A stretch of DNA of 33,820 nt, taken from the NCBI GenBank assembly GCA_964489945.1, contig CAZBAY010000003.1, positions 1-33,820 of the forward strand, written 5' to 3'. Source of the DNA: an uncultured Planctomycetia bacterium (GTDB taxonomy: Bacteria; Omnitrophota; Gorgyraeia; 2-02-FULL-51-18). The translations under genes and the position numbers were made by a program. How positions within the stretch are numbered: the first letter of the stretch is position 1; each line of letters begins with the position of its first letter. Shown one piece after another: positions 1 through 7,067 of this stretch. A model generated the notes under the pieces. That model had not been told where the DNA came from, ran no database searches, and saw nothing but the letters and a program-made list of their open reading frames with translations.

Positions 1-1265
1 AAGCGCTCGAGGCGCTGGGCTACAAGATAGACGTCTACCACCTCAACGAGGGGCACGCGGCGCTCGCCTTCACCGAGAAAGCAAAAATGACGCCGGAGGC
101 TGAAATAGGCGCGCTGAAAAACCGTTTCGCCTACACTTGCCACACGCCGGTCGCCGCGGGACATGACCGTTTTTACAAAAAAGCCCTGCAGGAGATCCTC
201 CCGGATGAGGAAATGAGCCTCCTCAAAAAATACGGCCAGGACCCTGACAACGCGGACCTCATCAATCTCACCCAGCACGCGATGAGCATGAGCGCGCACG
301 TCAACGCCGTAGCGCAGAAACACGGCGAAGTGACGCGTGCCCAATTCCCCCAATTTCGTGACAAGATCCAGGCCATTACGAATGGCATCCACACGCATAC
401 CTGGGTATCTGAGCCGATCGAGCGGCTTTTTGACAAATACGGCCATGAGTTCGGCGACTGGCGCAAACACCCGACGCGCCTCAAGAACGCGCTGTCGCTC
501 AAGGACAACGCCTCGTTCCGGACGGATCTGTGGAACGCGCATCAGGAGAACAAGAAAAAATTATGCGCGCTTCTGAAACCCTGGCGGATCGAGCCGGACG
601 TGTTCACGATCTGTTGGGCGCGGCGCATCGCGGCTTACAAACGGCCGAGCCTCATCCTGCAGGACATCGCCCGGCTCGTGGAACTCACCAAACGGATCGG
701 TCCCATTCAGATCATCCTCGCCGGAAAAGCCCATCCGAAGGACGACCTCGGCTTCACGCATGTGAATGACATGCTCACGGCGATCGACTCTCTCGAAATC
801 CACCGGGACACGCTGCGCGTCCTCATGCTTGAGAATTACGACACCTATTTCGGAAAGCTTCTAGCGGGAAGCGTCGACGTGTGGCTCAACAATCCCCTCC
901 CTCCCTTCGAAGCGTCGGGGACGAGCGGCATGAAAGCGATCCTGAACGGCGTCTTACAGCTTTCGACGCTCGACGGATGGGTCGTCGAGGCGGCGGACAA
1001 GAACATCGGCTGGATCTTCGGGTGGGAGCATCATACGCAGGAGATCGGCGAGGAGCACAATCTGCGCCTGATGGAGGACTCGGCGCGCCTCTACGAAATG
1101 CTGGAAAAAGTCGTCGGGCTTTATTACGCCACGAACGATAAAGGAAAGTTCAACGCGGGATCGGACTGGGTCACCAAAATGATCCACGCGATCTCCGAAG
1201 CGGGATTCTTCAACACCGACCGCATGGTCGCCGAATACCAAGAGAAAATCTGGGGTTTAAGATAA
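1..1265 (+). CDS. alpha-glucan (glycogen/maltodextrin) phosphorylase family protein (GT35), 5'-truncated by window edge
   Basis: The frame is open from base 3 (..YHLNEGHAALAF..), upstream of the listed ATG at 87. It carries the PLP-lysine type motif EASGTSGMKAILNG and ends with a TAATAA double stop at 1263-1268. Confidence 0.85.
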   Translation, partial: ALEALGYKIDVYHLNEGHAALAFTEKAKMTPEAEIGALKNRFAYTCHTPVAAGHDRFYKKALQEILPDEEMSLLKKYGQDPDNADLINLTQHAMSMSAHVNAVAQKHGEVTRAQFPQFRDKIQAITNGIHTHTWVSEPIERLFDKYGHEFGDWRKHPTRLKNALSLKDNASFRTDLWNAHQENKKKLCALLKPWRIEPDVFTICWARRIAAYKRPSLILQDIARLVELTKRIGPIQIILAGKAHPKDDLGFTHVNDMLTAIDSLEIHRDTLRVLMLENYDTYFGKLLAGSVDVWLNNPLPPFEASGTSGMKAILNGVLQLSTLDGWVVEAADKNIGWIFGWEHHTQEIGEEHNLRLMEDSARLYEMLEKVVGLYYATNDKGKFNAGSDWVTKMIHAISEAGFFNTDRMVAEYQEKIWGLR

Positions 1266-1271
1266 TAAATT

Positions 1272-1387
1272 TTCCTCATTAAGGGTTCAGATACGAGGCG
1301 CATAGGAGTGAGCGCGGAGACGCTATGGGAATAGCGTCGCACAAGCAAACGACTATGCAACGAAGTAGATGAACCTTTAATGAGGAA
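1272..1387. repeat. 116-nt nested inverted-repeat / rod-like structured element between the phosphorylase stop and the tRNA-Arg 3' end
   Basis: Outer arms TTCCTCATTAAGGGTTCA (1272-1289) and TGAACCTTTAATGAGGAA (1370-1387) pair at 17 of 18 positions. Nested inside are GCATAG (1300-1305)/CTATGC (1353-1358) and GACGCTA (1319-1325)/TAGCGTC (1332-1338), the last closing a TGGGAA hexaloop. Confidence 0.6.
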
Positions 1388-1393
1388 GATTAA

Positions 1394-1467
1394 TGTGCCC
1401 GGCAGGAGTTGAACCTGCAACCCTCTGATCCGTAGTCAGATACTCTATCCAGTTGAGCTACGGGCAC
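1394..1467 (-). tRNA. tRNA-Arg (anticodon ACG), CCA not encoded
   Basis: The reverse complement folds as a cloverleaf: acceptor GTGCCCG/CGGGCAC, D-arm GCTC..GAGT, anticodon stem TCTGA/TCAGA with loop CU-ACG-GA, 5-nt variable loop, T-arm GCAGG-TTCAACT-CCTGC, discriminator A. Length is 74 nt. Confidence 0.93.
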
Positions 1468-1473
1468 AAAACT

Positions 1474-2037
1474 TTAATCTTGGTGTCCGGGAGGAACGTC
1501 CCCGCCGCCCCAGCCGGTCTTCTTTCCGCGGTCCCATCCCGGCGGGCGGTGGTCTTCTTTGGATTTTTTATGCTTAGACTTATCCCAGCCGTCGTCATCG
1601 TCATCATGATCGTCGTCGTTTTCGTCTTCATTACCGGTCAGCTTTTCAACGACTTCACCTATTCCCCCGCCGTCACCGCTGTCTTTGCTCCCGTCGTCTT
1701 TGCCATCATCTTTGGCGAACTCCGCCGCGACGGCGCCGGTGATCGCGCCCTGCACCGCGCGCTTTAAAATGGTCTTCGTGGGGTCCTGCTGGACAGGCAC
1801 CTGCTGCCAGTAAAGCTGGCCGTCCGGGCCCTGCACTTGGACTTGCTGATACTGCGGCTGATTTGAACCGTCGAGGCTGTCTAAAACGGCTCCCCCAATG
1901 ACGTTCGTGCCGGCGCCCACCAAAGCTCCCTTGGCCATCGTGTTGTCGGAATTGTCATCTCCCGCCATCGCGGAAAAGGAAGACAAAAGGACCGCCGCGG
2001 CAAAAAGACCGAAAAAACTGCCTATTTTTAACCCCAT
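1474..2037 (-). CDS. secreted low-complexity acidic protein, function unknown
   Basis: The N-terminus MGLKIGSFFGLFAAAVLLSSFSAMA looks like a signal peptide. There is a Q/V-rich middle, an Asp-rich run (DEDENDDDHDDDDD) and a basic PPGWDRGKKTGWGGG tail. GGAG lies 7 nt upstream of the ATG and a strong sigma70-like promoter lies further upstream. Confidence 0.7.
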   Translation of the reverse strand: MGLKIGSFFGLFAAAVLLSSFSAMAGDDNSDNTMAKGALVGAGTNVIGGAVLDSLDGSNQPQYQQVQVQGPDGQLYWQQVPVQQDPTKTILKRAVQGAITGAVAAEFAKDDGKDDGSKDSGDGGGIGEVVEKLTGNEDENDDDHDDDDDGWDKSKHKKSKEDHRPPGWDRGKKTGWGGGDVPPGHQD

Positions 2038-2080
2038 TTTTTTGCTCCTTTGGAAGGAAAAACCACCAAAATTTCAAGTA

Positions 2081-2109
2081 ATTCTATGCCTCCAAACCGC
2101 TATCGTCAA
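2081..2109 (-). promoter_or_regulatory. sigma70-type promoter TTGACG-17 nt-TAGAAT for the 1474-2037 gene
   Basis: On the minus strand, TTGACG (2109-2104), a 17-nt spacer, and TAGAAT (2086-2081). This is followed by AAAGGAG and the ATG at 2037. Confidence 0.6.
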
Positions 2110-2122
2110 CACATTCTTCCTG

Positions 2123-2131
2123 TGCTATAAT
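2123..2131 (+). promoter_or_regulatory. extended -10 promoter element TGcTATAAT for the FecR-domain gene
   Basis: TG at 2123-2124 and TATAAT at 2126-2131, about 35 nt upstream of the GTG/ATG at 2166/2169. It sits back to back with the divergent promoter. Confidence 0.5.
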
Positions 2132-2151
2132 CGTCAAATTCTCATAATGTT

Positions 2152-2161
2152 GGGGGGGGGG
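2152..2161 (+). repeat. G10 homopolymer tract in the 5' leader / ribosome-binding region of the FecR-domain gene
   Basis: Ten consecutive G at 2152-2161, followed by ATTT and then GTGATG (2166/2169). Confidence 0.9.
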
Positions 2162-2165
2162 ATTT

Positions 2166-2801
2166 GTGATGAAAAAGAATTTAGGACCGGTTATTTTTTT
2201 AAGCCTTGTTTTGCTGTTTCAAAACGCTGCCGTCAGCGCGGCTGGAAGAAAAGCTATTGTATCAAACCTTCAGGGCAGCGCGACGATCCTTCGGGACGGG
2301 CAGTCTCTGCCGGTGAGCGCCGGCATGGCCTGCGAGAAAAAGGACGTCATTCAGACCGGCCCCAATTGCACGCTGGACCTGGCGATGAACGACGTAGCGG
2401 GCTGCCGGCTCCTGGCCTCGAGCGAATGCGCTCTGATGAGAGCTGGAAAACGCAACATGCACCTAAACATTACGAGCGGTAACGCGATCCTCAATCTAAA
2501 AAAGCTGTCACCCGCTTCGACATTCAAAGTGGAAACCCCCACGGCGGTGGCCGCGGTCCGCGGCACACAGTTCTGGGGCAGGGTCGACACCCAAACGGCG
2601 GCAAATCCCGTCACCACCTTCGCGGTCCGGTCGGGCGCGGTGGAAGTGCTGGCAAAAGCCTCCGGAACAAGCTTTACGTTAAAGCAGGGCCAGGCGCTCG
2701 ATATCCCGAAAGACGCCGCGACGCCCCCTTCTATAAGGCCGGCGCTGGCCGAAGAAATGGCCGCGATGGAGCAGGCCTCAGGCATCAAAACTTCAGCTTA
2801 A
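2166..2801 (+). CDS. FecR-domain protein with signal peptide
   Basis: N-terminal MKKNLGPVIFLSLVLLFQNAAVSA. The FecR-type core TFKVETPTAVAAVRGTQFW is present. The start is GTG 2166 or, more likely, ATG 2169. Confidence 0.7.
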   Translation: MMKKNLGPVIFLSLVLLFQNAAVSAAGRKAIVSNLQGSATILRDGQSLPVSAGMACEKKDVIQTGPNCTLDLAMNDVAGCRLLASSECALMRAGKRNMHLNITSGNAILNLKKLSPASTFKVETPTAVAAVRGTQFWGRVDTQTAANPVTTFAVRSGAVEVLAKASGTSFTLKQGQALDIPKDAATPPSIRPALAEEMAAMEQASGIKTSA

Positions 2802-2807
2802 ATTTTT

Positions 2808-2895
2808 GGAGAGATGGCAGAGTGGTCGAATGCGCGCGCCTCGAAAGCGTGTAAACCGCAAGGTTTCGGAGGTTCGAATCCTCCTCTCTCCGCCA
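2808..2895 (+). tRNA. tRNA-Ser (anticodon CGA), long variable arm, CCA encoded
   Basis: Acceptor GGAGAGA/TCTCTCC, anticodon stem CGCGC/GCGTG with loop CU-CGA-AA, long variable arm TAAACCGCAAGGTTTC, T-arm GGAGG-TTCGAAT-CCTCC, discriminator G, then CCA. Confidence 0.93.
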
Positions 2896-2898
2896 GTT

Positions 2899-3468
2899 TC
2901 AAGATCGACTGAGCGCTTCCAGGTCTTCTTTGCGGTTAACGTTCGAAAAAAAATGCGGCTTTCCCTGCCAATCGATCACTTGCTTCGAGGCGATCGCGTC
3001 CAGCAATCCCAAGAGCGATAATTCCTCCCGAAAGAGCCTTTCCTTCACCAATGGAAAAATGGACGCGGTGTAAACACCCGGAAAGGGCTGCACTGCCCCG
3101 TCCCCCATCCGGAAAACGGTCGTCAGGCGATGCTCATGGTAAGCCGATAAAAGCTCTGATAAAAGCGGCGGATCTAAAAGAGGCATATCGCAAGTCAAAA
3201 CGAGAAAATCCGTCCCGCTAAAAACGGACAGCGCGGTGTAAAGCCCTCCCAAGGGCCCCTTTTCGGGCAACTTATCTTTCACAACCGGCGATCTTAAAAA
3301 TGAATAATCGGCGTCGTCGCGTGTGACAACCACGGGCCGCAAATGCATCTGGTCGAGGAGACTCACCGCCCTCTCCACTAAGGGGACGCCCTGATAAGAC
3401 GCGAGGGCTTTATCCGTTCCGAAGCGCGTGCTCTTTCCTCCGGCGAGAACGAGGCCCCTGGCTGTCAT
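2899..3468 (-). CDS. mobA: molybdenum cofactor guanylyltransferase
   Basis: LVLAGGKSTRFGTDKA nucleotide-binding motif, then ..GPLGGLYTAL.. and LVLTCDMPLL. I chose the ATG at 3468 because it forms an ATGA overlap with the moaE stop. The listed ORF extends to 3504. Confidence 0.85.
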   Translation of the reverse strand: MTARGLVLAGGKSTRFGTDKALASYQGVPLVERAVSLLDQMHLRPVVVTRDDADYSFLRSPVVKDKLPEKGPLGGLYTALSVFSGTDFLVLTCDMPLLDPPLLSELLSAYHEHRLTTVFRMGDGAVQPFPGVYTASIFPLVKERLFREELSLLGLLDAIASKQVIDWQGKPHFFSNVNRKEDLEALSRS

Positions 3469-3893
3469 TGCGAAGCGACCTCCGCGTGTCCGCACAACAC
3501 CCACTCGCTCGTCCCGTCCTCAAAAAATTCATTCTTCCAGATGGGAACCGTATGCTTGATCTGATCGACAACGTGCTCGCAGGCGGCGAAGGCCTCGGCC
3601 CGGTGGGCGGAGCTCACCGCCACCGCGATCGCCGCCTCACCGATCCCCAGCCACCCCACGCGGTGCAAAACTTTTATCTCTTCAACGGGCCAACGGCTCT
3701 TTGTTTCCTCAATAATGGCCCCGATCCGCCTTTCGGCCATCGGCCGGTAACTTTCATAGTAAAGTTTCCAAACAACCTTCCCGTTATTGTGGTTTCTCAC
3801 GACTCCCACAAAGGACGCGACCGCCCCGCAGGACTCCGGTGGCGCGGCTGCCAAAAATTCGGATACGCGGATGGGTTCGTCGGTGATATGCAT
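3465..3893 (-). CDS. moaE: molybdopterin synthase catalytic subunit
   Basis: 142 aa with GAVASFVGVVRN..., ...HRVGWLGIGEAAIAVAVSSAHR.., ..VPIWKNEFFEDG, typical of MoaE. It directly abuts the moaD stop. Confidence 0.88.
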   Translation of the reverse strand: MHITDEPIRVSEFLAAAPPESCGAVASFVGVVRNHNNGKVVWKLYYESYRPMAERRIGAIIEETKSRWPVEEIKVLHRVGWLGIGEAAIAVAVSSAHRAEAFAACEHVVDQIKHTVPIWKNEFFEDGTSEWVLCGHAEVASQ

Positions 3894-4166
3894 TTAGCCT
3901 CCGGATACCGGCGTCATGAGCGCCAGCGTATCGCCGTCTTTTAAAACGTCTTCCGGCTCGACAAAATGTTCATTCACGGCGTAGAGAAGAGGGAACGTGC
4001 CGCTATCACCGTTCTCTGTCATTGCGAGCGAGGTCGCCGCGGCGACTGAGCGAAGCAATCTCCCGGCAAGTCTGCCGGCTGTCATTCCTTCCTCAACCAC
4101 AACGCTCGTTTCAGCTTCACCGAACGCTTCCCGAAGCTGAGCGAAAAAAAACACCTTAACTTTCAT
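3894..4166 (-). CDS. moaD: molybdopterin synthase sulfur-carrier subunit
   Basis: 90 aa with a ubiquitin-like MoaD/ThiS pattern: MKVKVFFFAQLRE.. and a C-terminal ..PVSGG. It forms an ATGA overlap with the moeA stop (4163-4166). Confidence 0.85.
   Translation of the reverse strand: MKVKVFFFAQLREAFGEAETSVVVEEGMTAGRLAGRLLRSVAAATSLAMTENGDSGTFPLLYAVNEHFVEPEDVLKDGDTLALMTPVSGG
4021..4059. repeat. palindromic REP-like element embedded in-frame in moaD
   Basis: ATTGC (4021-4025)/GCAAT (4055-4059) flank a perfect 14-nt palindrome GTCGCCGCGGCGAC (4033-4046). The segment encodes ..LLRSVAAATSLAMT.. in the variable middle of MoaD. Confidence 0.6.
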
Positions 4167-5392
4167 CGGCCGCTCTCCCAGACATAAGGAAGCGTGTGAA
4201 CCAGCCCCTTGTCCCCTTTCTCAAAAACTTTATTCGAAGGCGGCACCACCAAAATGGCGTTCGCCTGGCAGAGAGAGGAGATCATGTGAGAGGCCTGATG
4301 GCCCAGCGGCAATACTTCGGGAGGGCCGTTCAAAAGATCGATCCTGGCCTTGAGAAAAGTGGCCTTCTCGGGATCCGCTTTCACGGATTCCCGGAGGGGA
4401 AAAAATCCCGAGGGCAGGTGCGGGTTCTGAAAACCCATGGAGCGTCGGATGGCGGGATAAACGTACTCATAAAAGCAGGTGAAAACGCTCGCGGGATTCC
4501 CTGGGAGCCCGAAGACCAGCCGATCGCCCTTTTTGCCGAAATACATCGGTTTGCCCGGTTTTTGGCTCACTTTCCAGAAGATCGTCTCGACCCCCGCCTC
4601 GGCCAGGATGGTCTTCACGTGGTCATAATCACCGACCGAGACACCCCCCATGAGGATCACGATCTCGCTTTCTTTCAAAGCGTGGTTCACGACGCGTTTG
4701 ATACGGTTGGCGCTGTCATCCAGCCTTCTCACCAGAACGGGAGAAAGACCCATTTCCAACGCCGCCGCGTAGATCATCGAAGAATTGGAATCGTAAATTT
4801 TTCCCGGCCCAAGAGGCCTTCCAGGTGAAACAAGTTCCGAGCCGGTCGCGATGATGGAGAGCCTTGGTTTTTTAAAAACCTTCACGTCCTTTTTTCCGAG
4901 GCCCGACAAAAATCCGATCGTTCCGGGATTCACGACGGAATTTTTAGGAACTGCGATCTGTCCTTCTTTCAATTCCTCGCCCTTATAACGGATGTTCTTC
5001 CCTCTCGGCCAAGGTTGATCCACACAAAGGAAGTTTCCCTGAACAATGGCTTTCTCGACCGGGATGACCGTGTCCCCGCCGAAAGGCACGCAGGCGCCCG
5101 TCATGATGCGGTACGCTTCACCCGTCCCGACTTCCAGCGATCCGGCGTCTCCCGCTTTGATCGCCCCGCCGATCTTTAGGAGCACCGGCATTTCCGCCGA
5201 GGCGCTTTCAACGCTCTTCGACCGCAACACGAAACCGTCCATCGCTGAATTGTCAAAAACGGGCAAGGACAAAGGAGACAGAATGTCCTCGGCCACCACG
5301 CATCCCAACGCCTCAAAGAGCGGAAGGTTTTCCTCCTTAGCGGCAGGAACATTCTTCTGGATCAAACGTTGAGCTTCTTCGAAAGTGATCAC
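4163..5392 (-). CDS. moeA: molybdopterin molybdenumtransferase
   Basis: MoeA-like over its full length (..SPLSLPVFDNSAMDGFVL.., ..RIMTGACVP.., ..IILMGGVSVGDYDH.., ..GLPGNPAS..). I prefer the GTG start at 5392 (VITFEEAQRL..), 2 nt after the upstream stop. The listed ATG at 5464 would overlap the upstream gene by 70 nt. Confidence 0.85.
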   Translation of the reverse strand: MITFEEAQRLIQKNVPAAKEENLPLFEALGCVVAEDILSPLSLPVFDNSAMDGFVLRSKSVESASAEMPVLLKIGGAIKAGDAGSLEVGTGEAYRIMTGACVPFGGDTVIPVEKAIVQGNFLCVDQPWPRGKNIRYKGEELKEGQIAVPKNSVVNPGTIGFLSGLGKKDVKVFKKPRLSIIATGSELVSPGRPLGPGKIYDSNSSMIYAAALEMGLSPVLVRRLDDSANRIKRVVNHALKESEIVILMGGVSVGDYDHVKTILAEAGVETIFWKVSQKPGKPMYFGKKGDRLVFGLPGNPASVFTCFYEYVYPAIRRSMGFQNPHLPSGFFPLRESVKADPEKATFLKARIDLLNGPPEVLPLGHQASHMISSLCQANAILVVPPSNKVFEKGDKGLVHTLPYVWESGR

Positions 5393-5394
5393 GG

Positions 5395-6144
5395 CTAGAG
5401 CGCCTTGACGATCATATTCATGGATACAAAAAGCGTCAGCGCCGCCAGCACCCGGCGCAGCCATACTTCCTCAAACCGCTTCGCACCCAAGGTAGATCCA
5501 AAAATCCCGCCCATAAAAGCGGCCGCGCCCAGTGCCATGATGTCGGGACCGAATGAAAATCCGCTTGGCAAACGGCCCAAGAGTCCCGAGAGAGAGTTTA
5601 CGAAAATAAAAAAGGCCGCGGCGGCCGATGCCTCTTTGACGGTTGCCCATCTCATTAAGATCAAGATCGGACTTAAGAAAATACCTCCGCCGATCCCTAT
5701 GAGGCCCGAAAAAAATCCGACAAGCGCGCCTATCGGCAATCCATAGACCCACGCCTTCATTTGGGTCAAAGGGCGCCTTTGGCCCCGGTCCTTCCTTATA
5801 TATAGGATCCGCAGGCCCGCCAAAGCGAGCGAAATCCCCAAAAGCAGAGTGAACGCCTCTTTACCGATCGGCACTTGGGCACCGAGAAACGCCATCGGAA
5901 CGGAAAGCGCCGCGAAAGGCAGAACCTTCTTCGCGTCAAAATAGCCGGCCTTGTAAAAGTTCCAGAACCCGACGCTGGAAACGACCAGGTTGCAAAAAAG
6001 CGCGATCGGCTTGATCTCGCCGTAAGAAAAACCTGCCAGAAGAAGGACCGCCAGGTACGAAGAGCCCCCCGCAAAACCGACGGACGAATAGATAAAAGCC
6101 ACGGCAAAAAACGCGAGCGGGAGCCAGACAGCCATATCGTTCAT
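5395..6144 (-). CDS. TauE/SafE (DUF81) family anion permease
   Basis: 249 aa, polytopic. It has the family-typical glycine-rich segments (FIYSSVGFAGGSSYLAVLLL and FFSGLIGIGGGIFLSPILIL). It forms an ATGA overlap with the upstream moaC-mog stop. Confidence 0.75.
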   Translation of the reverse strand: MNDMAVWLPLAFFAVAFIYSSVGFAGGSSYLAVLLLAGFSYGEIKPIALFCNLVVSSVGFWNFYKAGYFDAKKVLPFAALSVPMAFLGAQVPIGKEAFTLLLGISLALAGLRILYIRKDRGQRRPLTQMKAWVYGLPIGALVGFFSGLIGIGGGIFLSPILILMRWATVKEASAAAAFFIFVNSLSGLLGRLPSGFSFGPDIMALGAAAFMGGIFGSTLGAKRFEEVWLRRVLAALTLFVSMNMIVKAL

Positions 6145-7067
6145 TTCAAAACTCCTTTCGGTTCAGTATGTCCGAGGCCCTTCATCATGCCGTAAGCATG
6201 GAGCATCGACGGAAAAAGGGCGTTCAAACCTTCCTCGGTGCCTTTCGAAGATCCCGGAAAATTAATAATGAGCGTATTTCCTTTTTGGCCTGCCAGACCG
6301 CGCGAAAGCATCGCGTAAGGTGTTCTGGCTTGACCATAGGCTCTTGCCGCTTCCATCACTCCCGGGATCTCGCGCTCGATCACTTCCCTCGTCGCTTCCA
6401 CTGTCACGTCTCTTGGGCCAAGACCCGTTCCGCCGGTCGTGACGATCAGATGAACTTTTTCCTCACAGAGTTTATTTAATACTTCCACTATCTTTTCCTT
6501 ATCATCCGGAAGAATGGTGTAACTGGGAGAGATCCCAAAACTCTCAAGTCTTTCTTTGATAATTTTTCCCGAACTGTCTTGGCGCGTGCCTTTGGAGGTG
6601 CTGTCCGATGTCACGATCACCGCCGCTTTGAAATTTTTTGGAAACTTTTGTTCAAAATCAGTTTTGCCTCCTTTTTTAGACAAGAGTTTTGTCGAAACAA
6701 TTTCAATTTCTTTGTCGATCGGCTTCAACATATCATAAATTGTAAGCGCGGCAGCCGAGGCAGCGGTCAGCGCCTCCATCTCCACCCCCGTTTTCCAAAT
6801 CGCCTCCACCGATGCCGTGATGTTGATCCTGTCAGCCAGCACTTCAAACTCGATCTCCACCGAATCGATCGGAATAGGGTGGCAATAAGGGATCAAATCC
6901 GGCGTCTTCTTCGCCGCCATCACCCCCGCCACCCTCGCTACGATCAGGATGTCTTTCTTAGGCACGTCATTAGCCTGAAGACGTTTGATCGTCTCAGTCT
7001 TCGCCAAAAGCGTGCTCGTCGCCGTTGCTTTCCTCAAAGTTGTTACTTTATCTGTTATTGATTTCAT
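6141..7067 (-). CDS. moaC: bifunctional cyclic pyranopterin monophosphate synthase (MoaC) / MogA-MoaB-type molybdopterin adenylyltransferase fusion
   Basis: The N-terminal half has MoaC motifs (ARVAGVMAAKKTPDLIPYCHP, KTGVEMEALTAASAAALTIYDM). The C-terminal half has MogA/MoaB motifs (VIVTSDSTSKGTRQDSSG, VTTGGTGLGPRDVT). Confidence 0.85.
   Translation of the reverse strand: MKSITDKVTTLRKATATSTLLAKTETIKRLQANDVPKKDILIVARVAGVMAAKKTPDLIPYCHPIPIDSVEIEFEVLADRINITASVEAIWKTGVEMEALTAASAAALTIYDMLKPIDKEIEIVSTKLLSKKGGKTDFEQKFPKNFKAAVIVTSDSTSKGTRQDSSGKIIKERLESFGISPSYTILPDDKEKIVEVLNKLCEEKVHLIVTTGGTGLGPRDVTVEATREVIEREIPGVMEAARAYGQARTPYAMLSRGLAGQKGNTLIINFPGSSKGTEEGLNALFPSMLHAYGMMKGLGHTEPKGVLK

Noticed and set aside
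1453-1767. 104-aa plus-strand ORF with a hydrophobic VVIVIMIVVVFVFI stretch overlapping tRNA-Arg and the acidic protein gene.
   Set aside because: It is the antisense reading of the poly-Asp run of the minus-strand gene, which has its own promoter, SD and signal peptide. It also overlaps a tRNA gene at its 5' end.
1394-2895. tRNA genes as integration sites of a genomic island, with the nitrate or glycan clusters as horizontally acquired cargo.
   Set aside because: There is no integrase, no direct repeat of a tRNA 3' end, no transposase and no abrupt compositional shift that I could see. The evidence does not support an island call.
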